Source: Sphyrna mokarran (lineage: Eukaryota). From it: a stretch of DNA of 64,000 bases. Numbering within the stretch: the first letter of the stretch is position 1; every line of letters begins with the position of its first letter. Of the stretch, positions 52,660 to 62,285 are shown piece by piece. The stretch is from contig JAGIQG010000027.1 in assembly GCA_024679065.1 (NCBI GenBank), positions 31,930,001 through 31,994,000 of the forward strand, written 5' to 3'. The position numbers were made by a program, and so were the translations under genes. Below the pieces are notes generated by a model. The model was not told the DNA's origin and searched no databases. It saw only the letters and a program-made list of their open reading frames with translations.

Positions 52660-53250
52660 AGTCTGGTCCTGTATAGACTGCACAATGGCGTGCCTTGCTG
52701 CATGACTGAAACTTTTAGTTATGAGGTGGGCATCGCGGACACCACATAACAATCGTCAGGCAAGAGCGTTCCCTTCCAGTTGGGGAACACTTTAGCTGTC
52801 CAGAGCATTCAGCCTCCAGTCTTTGGATAATCATTCTTCAAGGTGACCTTCAAGATACATAACAACATAGAATCACTGAGCGGAAGCTGAAAGCCAAATT
52901 CCACATGCATGAGGACGGCCTCAACCAGGATCTTGCATTAATGTCCCACTACATATAACCCCCGTCATACCGCCTGGGTTTGCAAAATCCTACAAACTGT
53001 CCTGGCTTGAGACAATTCATACCTCTTTAACCTGTGATTATCTCTCTCGCCACGCACACTGTACCTGTAAAGACTTTTATTCCAAACATTCTTCACATTT
53101 CAATCTGTGATTATCTTGCAATTGTGTCTTTGCCTACGTATGCCATGTTTATGAAATAACCTCCTGATCAAGGAACATGTTCTCTGATTGCCTGTGATTC
53201 TAAATAAACCTGTTGGACTTTATCCTGGTGTTGTGAGACATCTCACTTGT
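52660..53250 (+). mobile_element. Penelope-like retroelement 3' fragment (GIY-YIG C-terminus + terminal repeat)
   Basis: Translates to LPVGEHFSCPEHSASSLWIIILQGDLQD...TERKLKAKFHMHEDGLNQD, the Penelope 'HF...H...E..I...GLN' pattern. Confidence 0.8.
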
Positions 53251-53570
53251 GGTAGTGATAGGGGATAGCATGGTAAGGGCAATAGATACTATTCTCTACA
53301 ACCACGACTGAGAACTCCATAGGTTTTGTTGCCTGCTCAGTGCCAGGGTTAAAGACATCTCCTCATGGCCAGGAATGAACTTGGAGTGGGAGGGGGAGGA
53401 TCCAGTTGTTACCATCTGTGTAGAAATAAACACAGTAGTTCGAACTAGAACCTGATTTATGCTCAAGAGATTTTGAGGAGTTAGGGCCCAATTTAAAACA
53501 CAGAACATCAAAGGTAATGATCTCTGGATTGTTACATGACTCAAGTGCCAATTGGCATTGGCTCAAGGTT
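53249..53570 (+). mobile_element. CR1 ORF1 (SGNH esterase) fragment
   Basis: VVVIGDSMVRAID...CCLLSARVKDIS...EGEDPVV resembles CR1 ORF1 'GDS.VR...CCLPGARV.D'. Confidence 0.75.
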
Positions 53571-54431
53571 CAATGGAATAACTTTCTCTTTTCTGAGGAC
53601 TTGTGCCAATGTCCCATTAATTGAAACCACTTCTTCTGCAATAAATAGGTAAATTTAATAGCTGCAAAATATAGCAGCGTTGCTTCGGTCTAATTTTAAA
53701 TGCTTCAGTTTTTTTTTCAGTTTTTCTAAAGGCAAGTTTCGTTGAGTTTCCCACTCATGTTAATTTTGTTTTGAAACAATTGATTGGAGGAACAGGCCTC
53801 TTTTATTCATCCCAATTGTGCCATGATATTGTGAGATAGCGCAGGCTTTGAAAGCGGAGTCTTGGGAATCCAAAGATATTTCCAAACTGCCTCTCAACTT
53901 GTTCGAGTTAAACCTCCACATTGCCAGCTGAAAATTGCAGACTCTATAAGTTTATCAAGACAGAACTTATTAGCCCAACATCAGAACAAAACCATGCCTT
54001 TGCCAAAATATGTTACAAGTGCAAAACAGAAGGAGACATCCTGTTCCTGGTAAAGGGAGGCACATTTTGTAATTTTTGGAAGAGGAACTTGAAAACAAAG
54101 CTTGCAAATGGAGATCTTGTCCTCACGTAGTGGCAGTTATTTTTTCCCATGTTCTGTCAGTGCTATGGGTGGTATAATAACTCCAGAACTCAGCTGTACA
54201 AGAATTTTGCATAATTGCACAAAGAAGTGAGGCCAAACCACAAGCCTGCAGTGAACACAAACAGGTCACAAATGGGACAATACATCAATGGACCCACTCA
54301 GGGGCCTGCTTTTTTAAGAGCTCAGTATATGAGCTCTACCTGCTCAGGCAATTGCCAATCACGAGGGAGCTTGCGTTCTACCAGTCCTATGGGGAAGTCA
54401 ACTAGTGATACTCCATGCAACTACCCAATAA

Positions 54432-54720
54432 GTGGCACAGTGGCTATCGCAGCTGCCTCAGTGCCAGGGACCTGGGTTCGATTCCTGGCTTGGATCACTA
54501 TCTGTGGGGAGATTACATATTCTTCCCATGTCTGCATAGATTTCTTCCAGGTACTCCAGTTTCCTCCCACAGTCGGAAAGACATGCTGGTTAGGTGCATG
54601 CTAAATTCTCCCTTGGTGTACCCAATCAGGCGCTGGACTAGGGGATTTTTACAATAATTTTATTGCAATGTTAATGCAAGCCTACTTGTGACACTAATAC
54701 AAACTGAAAACTAAACTTAA
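54432..54720 (+). mobile_element. V-SINE, tail type B
   Basis: Head, V-domain, B tail. Confidence 0.85.
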
Positions 54721-55329
54721 AGTCCTAGGGATTATCACAGGTAATATTATCTGGCTTTCCTTTCACCCGTTCAGTTTAAGATTTTATAATTCCTGAGAGC
54801 TGGCACCATGGAAACACAAAATGTAAGCCTGTGTTCCTCAAGTTCTTCAGCACACCCAGCACAAAAAAAGAGAGAGGCCATCTTCTCTGATCCTTGATTT
54901 AACTCTTCCTGGCAGTAAAGCAATTAATCTGTAAGAGCAAAATACTACGGATGATGGAAATCTGAAATAATCGAAAATGCTAGAGGTACTCAACAGGTCT
55001 GGCAGCATCCGTGGAGAGAGAGAGATACAAAGTTAGTCCTCAAGCTGAGTATGACTCTCCATCACAACGACAGCTTTTAACTTTTGCTCACAATGACAGG
55101 TTTTAAACAGGAAAACCTTGTAGAATGTGAGCGACACAAGCATTTTTTTTTGCAGAAGTGAATGCTAACCATTGTGAAACTGGAACATCAGCACAGACTC
55201 CAGAATTTTGTTCCTTTTTTTATCTGAAAAGTAGACTTGAGAAAGCTAGGTGGAAGGCGAATTCTCATAAAGCAGGATATATCATTAAGGTGAAAATGAA
55301 GTGGTAATTAAAATGATAATGTCTGCATA

Positions 55330-55840
55330 TTGTACACTGCGGAAAGATGTGGAGGCTTTGGAAAGGATACAGAAAAAAGTTTACCAGGACGCTGCATGGG
55401 TATGGAGCTATGCATAGCTACGAGGAGAGGTTGGAGAAACCTGATTTGTTCTCACTGGAACAACAGAGGTTGAAGGGTGACCTGATACAAGATTATGAAG
55501 GGCCTGGACAGGGTGGATAGTCAAAAGCTTTTTCCCAGGGTAGAAGAGTCAATTACTGGTGGGCATAGGTTTAAGGTGGAAGGGGTAATGTCTAAAGGAG
55601 ATGTACAAGGCAAGTTTTTTAGGCAGAGAGTGGTGAGTGACTGGAACTCACTGCCTGGGGAGGTAGTGGAAGTGGATATTATAGTGAGTTTTAAGGGGCA
55701 AATTCATGAACAGAATGAGAATAGAGGTATGTGGTCCCCGGTAGGATAAGAGGTTTTAGTTCAGTAGTGCAGCACATTTGGTGTGGGCTTAGGGGGCAGA
55801 AGGGCCTGTTCCTGTGCTGTAATTTTCTTTGTTCTTTAAG
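55330..55840 (+). mobile_element. CR1 3' fragment
   Basis: ORF 55495-55749: MKGLDRVDSQKLFPRVEESITGGHRFKV...FFRQRVVSDWNSLP. Confidence 0.9.
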
Positions 55841-55902
55841 AAAGGGAGGCCTGAGCAGAGTCAATTCTAGGTTGTCAAAGGCAAAGATGAGGGCTTTAAT
55901 TT

Positions 55903-56190
55903 TTTAAAGTTTATTCATTAGTCTCATAAGCGCATCAACACTGCAATGAAGTTACTGTGAAAATCCCTTCGTTGCCACATTCTGGCGCCTGTTCGTGTAC
56001 ACTGAGGGAGAATTTAGCACTGCCAATGCACCAAACCAGCATGTCTTTCGGACTGTGGGGGAAACTGGGGCACCCGGAGGAACTCACACAGACATGGGGA
56101 GAATGTGCAGACTTGGCAAGTGACCCAAGCCAGCAATCTAACCCAGCTCCCATGCACTGCCAGGTAATGGTGCTAACCACCATGCCACCT
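55903..56190 (-). mobile_element. V-SINE, tail type B
   Basis: CACTGCAATGAAGTTACTGTGAAAATCCC on the + strand. Confidence 0.85.
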
Positions 56191-56495
56191 AATAGCAGAG
56201 GGACTGAGCTGGGGAGAAAATAGCATAAGTTATGAAGGAGGAGTCTTGATAGAAAAAATATGGGTCAGCTCACTGTAGAAAAGGACAATCTAGTTCAACC
56301 AAGCAATGGCTGAGGATGGGAATGGAACTAACAGCGATACTAAGGGCGGGATTTTCTGGCCTTACTCATCTTGAAACTATAAAATCCCACCTGAGCTCAA
56401 CAGATGTTCCCATGGTTAATTGCAGCCAGTCAACTCAGAAAACATGAAAACAAATATTAGATTCTAAAGATATCAAGGAAGATGGGGATATGATC

Positions 56496-56660
56496 TGTAG
56501 AATCATAGAATTCCTACAGTACAGAAGGAGGCCATTCGGCCTATCGAGCCAGCACTAACAACAATTACACCCTGTCCTCATAGCCCCATGTATTTACTCT
56601 GCAAAGCTCCTGACATTAAAGAGCAATTTAACATGGCCAGTCAACCTAACCCGTACCTCT
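56496..56660 (-). mobile_element. HE1 type A 3' fragment
   Basis: TAGAATCATAGAATTCCTACAG tail. Confidence 0.75.
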
Positions 56661-57376
56661 AATTAAATAGCAGAGTAGACTCTAGGGACCAAATGCCCTA
56701 CTCCTGCCCCTACATCCTTCAGAGTGAAGTCTCACTCCTTCAGTTGAGTTGTTGGAGACTTATAAAACATGCAGTTCAAATTTATGTTGATCTTTTCCTT
56801 TTCTTTATTCTCTCTCACCAATTCTCTCTCTCACATATTCCAATCTTTCTTTCCATTTTTTTCTCTCTTTCCTTTCTAGGTTTGACACTGGATTCACCTG
56901 CCCCCATTTGCATTCTAGGTTTGACATTGGATTCACCCTCTCTAACTTAAACTTATTGCTCAGTCTTTGCACTGTATATTTCTTAATCCTACAATCTGAT
57001 TGGTTATTGAGATGCACGGTAATATTGTTTCTTCTGGCTTTTGGTACCCTGTATCTCCCACTGTGCCCTTATCAGCTCACACACGCCATTCTAAGTTTGT
57101 AGAATCTAAAACACGCAAGACCAAGTCAACCAAGGCTGTTAGACAGCCTTTTATCATAAATTGTAGCCCACTATCCGTCTAGGTGGCAGTAGTGACAGAT
57201 ATTTGACATGATATTACTCCTTTTCTAGTTAAAGTCTTATATTCCACTAGGAAGGAGTCTTGAATCCTGACAATATTGCAATGTCCTCAGAAATTATTTT
57301 TCCTGAAGATGACTTCAGCCAGGCAAATGAGGTTGGTTTGTTGGAGCATGAATTTCCTAATTGAGTTCTCCCATGC

Positions 57377-57785
57377 TCCTGATCTATGGACGCCTGGTGC
57401 AGGGGATGGAGGGTGCGGGGAAGGAGGAGGACCTCCTCGTGAACCTGCTCCTGGGCCTAGCAACGTGTTCCATCGACAAGTCCAGGCAACAGGCGATCGA
57501 GGGTGTCATCCAACCTCACTGTCTGCCCCTCTACCATGGCTATATTCGTGGACAGGTATCCTTGGAAAGGGAGCATGCGGGTGTCCAAGGGCACTGTTGA
57601 TGTCTTCTGTGCCCATTGGACACCGCAGGAACGGAGTACATTATCAACCCCCTTAATCACATTTTAATTTGATGTTTTAAGTTTCTTTTCTGCTTTGTCT
57701 TTTGGTTCGCCTCCTTTTAGGAAGTTGCCTCTTTTAAGTTGTCCCTGAGTTAATTTGATTTTATTTATTTGGTTGGACATCAAAA
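57377..57785 (+). mobile_element. L1-Tx1 clade LINE 3' fragment, apparently inside a solo-LTR-like sequence (about 57277-57972)
   Basis: ORF 57361-57600 EEDLLVNLLLGLA...LPLYHGYIRGQVSLEREHA resembles the Tx1 ORF2 C-terminus; T-rich 3'UTR follows. The flank has TATTTAAA, AATAAA and ends ATTACA. Confidence 0.65.
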
Positions 57786-58377
57786 GTTATCCCTGATTGG
57801 ACCATCAGTTAGGACTCAATCAGGGAGCCTCATGTTCCCTATTTAAAGCAGATGTGTCAGTCTCCCTGTCTCCTGTAGCAGGGAGCTTAACTGAGAGCAC
57901 TGGCTTATAAAGTATGTTGTGTAAATAAAGGAATGTTGGTGTTGGGATCCTTGCCTCTGTGAACTTATTACATCATATTTAAATGCTGTTGTGAAATGCA
58001 AAATATAATTCTGACAGAAGGAAATTTAGTGGAATTATTGTTCTCACTGAGAGCTACCCTTGTATGTGTAGCTGGAACAGAGGTGAGACTGTTCAGTGGC
58101 TGTAGTGGGTTGCATTTCTCATGCCTCTCGCTTGACTTAGAGCACATTCTGAATCCTCTTCCCAGCTAAGTGGTACGTGCTCACTCAGTCTGGCTCTGAG
58201 TCATACTGATTTACGGGTGCATCTGCCAAATTATTATCTGGTGCTACAGGGACCAGTTATAGAGGAGATTATAAACCACAAGTAAAAGGACAAACAAAAA
58301 TCAGGCAATTTCTTTGTGGCGATTGCTATTCAGTGACTCTTACTAGAAAGTGACTGTGTGTGATGAGGGTGTATTTT

Positions 58378-58745
58378 TATTTATTTATTCATGGGGTGTG
58401 GGTGTCACTGGTTAGGCCAGCATTTATTGCCCATCCCTAATTGCCTTTGGGAAGATGATGGTGAGCTGCAGACCATGTATTGTAGGCACACCCACAGTGC
58501 TGTTAGCGAGAGTTCTAGGATTTTGGCCCAAAGACAGTGATATAGTTCCAAGTTAGGATGGTGTTATTTGGAGGGAAACTTGCAGGTCGTGGTGTTCCCA
58601 TGTATCTGCTACCTATATCCATCCATGTGGTAGAGGTTTGGGAGTTGTTGCAGTGCATCTTGTGATAATACACGCTGCTGCCACTGTGTGCTGGTGATGG
58701 AGGAAGTGATTGTTTAAGCTGGTGGATGGAATGCGGTTATGTGGA
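58378..58745 (-). mobile_element. 3' fragment of the family C partner LINE
   Basis: GGCCAGCATTTATTGCCCATCCCTAATTGCC...TGCAGTGCATCTTGT parallels 42567-42960. Confidence 0.8.
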
Positions 58746-59012
58746 TGTGCGTACTTGCATCTGTGAGCATAGAGGCCATTTGAGGATAGAATTGAGCTTA
58801 GCTATGATGCTGCTCACGGTTGAATAATTTGTTGATATCATTCACCCCGTAGGCCCGGACATGAAGGAAGGCTGCATGGATATGTTAATGGAGATGAACT
58901 GCCATGGAAGTATAATCAACATCGAGATTTTTTGAAAAAAGGCTGTTGTGTTTATGGCATGACATACTTACTGATATTCCTTTCTTTTGCAGAAATGAGA
59001 TGATGTTCCTGA

Positions 59013-60023
59013 ATGAATCTTGCTGAAAGTGCTGATACTGGCCTGGAGATGTCTGCAGTCAAAGGAAATGAGTTGGTTCAAGTTGCATTTGACTATGAGT
59101 ACACAAGGGATGGGAAAGTCATCTCTATTAAGCAAAATGAGCAATATGTTCTGGTCTCAAGAACCAATGATAACTGGTGGTACGTGAAAAGCTTTGACCA
59201 ATCCAAACCATTCTATGTGCCAGCACAATATGTGAGACAGTTGTCTTCAGATGGGGCTGTCTCTCCTGGGGTACAGTCCCTGAATGGATCTGACTCTTCT
59301 GAAAACCAAAATAAAGGAGATGCAACCGACACGGCAAGAGCATCGAAAAACCAATTTGGTGTTGAGAAAAATCACAATGAACGACAAGAGCAGGATCTCC
59401 CAAGTTCAGATCTGATCCAGGAGATTAAGAACCAGGCAAACACAAGTCCTATTGAAGACAAAGACTGTTCTTTAAATCTCCTTGGTGATAATAGCCCTCC
59501 CAAAGTGCATGGTTCAATAAATACTGCACCACACTTGCTGCCATGTTACAGCGAAGTGCACAGAGCTCTTGTAAAGAATAAAGAAGCGAACAATCAAAAG
59601 TCCAGCTCAGCCAAAGACGCAATACAGCAAGGCTGCACTGTCAGGGTTCGCCCCAAGCAGCTAGCCAACCCTACCCAAAGATTTAGCCTAGCAGGAAGGC
59701 TCAGTACAATCCAACTACCTTCACAAAGCCTCAATCCCAACCCAAAGCTCAATGTGGGAAAGGACGTCATCCCGTTGGAAATGTTCATTCAGCCCCGAAG
59801 TGCCAGTTTCAGCCACGTGATCAACTCCAAAAAACATTCTCCTCCAGGGATTGATGCTGTGATATTAGAATGTTCAAAAGCTGTGGAGAGAAAAGACTCT
59901 TCAAGCTCCAAGTCTTCGCCACAAAAACCAGACTGTGATTCTGAAAATGTTTACGAATCAATACCGGACTTTCCGAAGCCAAAGCCAAAAAAACAGAAAG
60001 GAAAGGCCCATGGTTCACCAAAG
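59013..60023 (+). CDS. ARHGAP27: First coding exon of a Rho GTPase-activating protein of the ARHGAP9/12/27 family (SH3 domain + low-complexity linker), most likely ARHGAP27; gene continues beyond this exon
   Basis: SH3 signature VAFDYEYTRDGKVISIKQNEQYVLVSRTNDNWWYVK...PFYVPAQYVRQL. DSENVYESIPD near the exon end resembles the SENVYE motif I recall from ARHGAP27. Acceptor tttcttttgcAG ends at 58992; donor AAG|GTTAGT at 60023/60024 (phase 0, 337 codons). In-frame TGA at 59001 means no upstream coding exon. Start may be ATG 59013 or 59049. ARHGAP12 is the alternative call. Confidence 0.85.
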
Positions 60024-60546
60024 GTTAGTACATTTGCAGCTTCAGGGAACAGGACCGATATGCATGAGTGGATTTATTTACTTGTGGGATCTTGTCTGTC
60101 TGTTTGCAGAGGAGATTTTTTTACATTCATAACCCTTTCCCTTAGCAATACTTTTTCTTTTCAGTTCTCTTTTCAGTTTTGTCCGCCTTTCGTTTCCCTG
60201 ATAAGTTTTAATTTCAGTTCAATTTGTTCCCTGTTTCTGTGCTCTGATCCCCAGTCTTATCTCTCCTGGCCATTGGCTCTGATTTTGAGCTTCAGACAAT
60301 ATTAGTTGGTTACTTTGCATTTGTTGAAAATTCCCAATCGGACCGTCTTTTGTGAGTACATTGTAGAATTTGAAGACCTTTATTTTATTATTGCACATAG
60401 ATTGCTTAATACATGGAATTCAATTCCAGAGGCAGTAAATATTCACCTGTGAGAAAAGAGATGCTGCACTGAGTGGCTTTAGGATCTTGCTAAAACAGAT
60501 GATTTAAGATGCAGTGAATCACCTTCTCGTTCACTGTTTCGGAATC

Positions 60547-61070
60547 TAAGTCATAGAGCGATATAGAAACAGGCCCTTCAGCCCAACCAATCCATACCAA
60601 CCATGTTGTCCTCCCAGCCAGTCTGAATTGCCTGCGTTTGGCCCATATCCCTCTAATCCTTTCCCATCCGTATACTTACCCAATTGCTCCTTAAATATTG
60701 CCATTGTACTTAACTCGGCCACTTCCTCTGGCAGCTCATTCCATATACACACCACTCTCTGTGTGAAGAAGTTGCCCCTTGGGTCCCTTGTAAAGCTTTC
60801 CCCTCTCACCTTAAATCTATGCCCTCTAGTTTTCAATTTGCCTACTCTGGGTAGAAAGACTGTGCGTTCATCCTATCTATGCCCCTTAGAATTTTTTACA
60901 CCTCAACAGGGTCACCACTCATTCTCTGTTCCAAGGAATAAAGCCCTAGCCTGGTCAACCTTTCCCTATAACTCAAGCTTGCTCGCCCTGACATCACCCT
61001 CATAAGTCTCCTTTGCACTCTTGCCAATTTATCAATGTCTCTCCTAGGACCAAAACTGAACACAATACTC
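60547..61070 (-). mobile_element. CR1 3' fragment
   Basis: ORF 60546-60836: KTRGHRFKVRGESFTRDPRGNFFTQRVVCIWNELPEEV. Confidence 0.9.
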
Positions 61071-61609
61071 AATCTTCTGATCTTAGAAAACAAAATCCAG
61101 TTTAAAACTGAATCATTAATGAAGGGTTAATAATTGTGGATACTTAACAAACATTTTTAGAACTACTTCAAGGTGACTCATCTATTTAGGACATGCTTGG
61201 GACATATCTGGGGCACAATATGAGACATATATACTTATCTGCCTCTTTGGAATGGATACCAAAGATCTGTCTTTACTGAGACAGAGACGTATTCCTGTCC
61301 ATCTGAATGCCCTTGTACCTGTCCAACTGAGACCGGTACACGGTAGCTATCCACGTACAGGGGTATCTATCAAGAACAGGTGAGAAAAGTGTTGATTGTT
61401 TCTGTCTGCAAGATGTGTTATCTTCAGTAAAGCTGATAAGAACCAGGGTGAAGCCACAATGCAGAACCACTTCAATCGGCTGTGGAGTTGCTTTGAGCAC
61501 AGCTTTCTGTCAAATGTTTCCATGGCTGCACCGGGTTCACAACGGAATGGATTGTACAAGCTGATCGAAATAGTCACTTCAGTAGGCAAAATGACCCTTT
61601 CTCATTCTA

Positions 61610-62285
61610 TGGGGCAGTATTTTCTGGTCATGCCTAGTAATCTACAGAGCCAGGGTAATCTCTGGGGACCCAGGTTCAAATCCCACCATGGCAGAGAGTG
61701 AAATTGTAATTAGGTAAAAATCTGGAAGAAAAAGTCTAATGAGTCATAGAATCCATAGTACAGAAAAGGAGGCCATTGGCCATTGAGCCTGCACTGACAA
61801 TAATCCCATCCAGGCCCTCTCCCAGCAACCCCACACACACATCCCTCCAATCCCCCTGATGTTAAGAGGGAATTTAACAGGGCCAATCTACCTAATCCAC
61901 GCATCTTAGGTTTTCTCTGGGTGCTCCACTTTCCTCCCACACAAACCAATGTTGACACAGGGACAACCAGCCAAGCCAGGAATTGAACCCGGGTCCATGG
62001 CACCATGAAGCTGCAGTGCTGACCACTGTGCCACCATGCTGCCCAAAAGATCTAATGATGACCATGAAACCATTATCGATTGTCGCAAAAACCCATCTGG
62101 CTCACCAGTGTCCTTTAGGAAAGGAAATTGTCCTTACCTGGCCTGGCCTACATGTTGTTCAAGATCCACAGCAATGTCATTGAAGCTAAACTACCATCAG
62201 GGATATCAATCGATGCTGACCACGCCCCCCCCCCCGCCCACCCCTTGATGCCCACATCCCTTGAATGAATCTATATTTAAAAAAA
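61610..62285 (+). mobile_element. SINE family C interrupted by HE1 type A (61743-62044, -)
   Basis: Target duplication AAAAGTCTAATGA (61730-61742) / AAAAGATCTAATGA (62045-62058). Confidence 0.85.

Noticed and set aside
468-56223. Many 60-200 aa ORFs sharing peptides such as VAQWLALL, CTFSPCLHGFPPGAPVSSHS and SLHILPVSAWVSSG
   Set aside because: They are translations of V-SINE copies in different frames, not a gene family.
59013-60305. 430-aa ORF as a complete single-exon protein
   Set aside because: A canonical donor at 60024 and a shift to T-rich composition indicate an intron, and the family's WW, PH and GAP domains are absent.
61250-61600. Coding-like stretch that could be the next exon
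   Set aside because: No WW-domain or PVY-type motif in the frames examined; fragments such as SHNAEPLQSAVELL look more like a decayed RTE-type RT.
499-62044. tRNA-like sequences with A and B boxes
   Set aside because: Each continues into a SINE core and tail and lacks an intact cloverleaf, so they are SINE heads, not tRNA genes.
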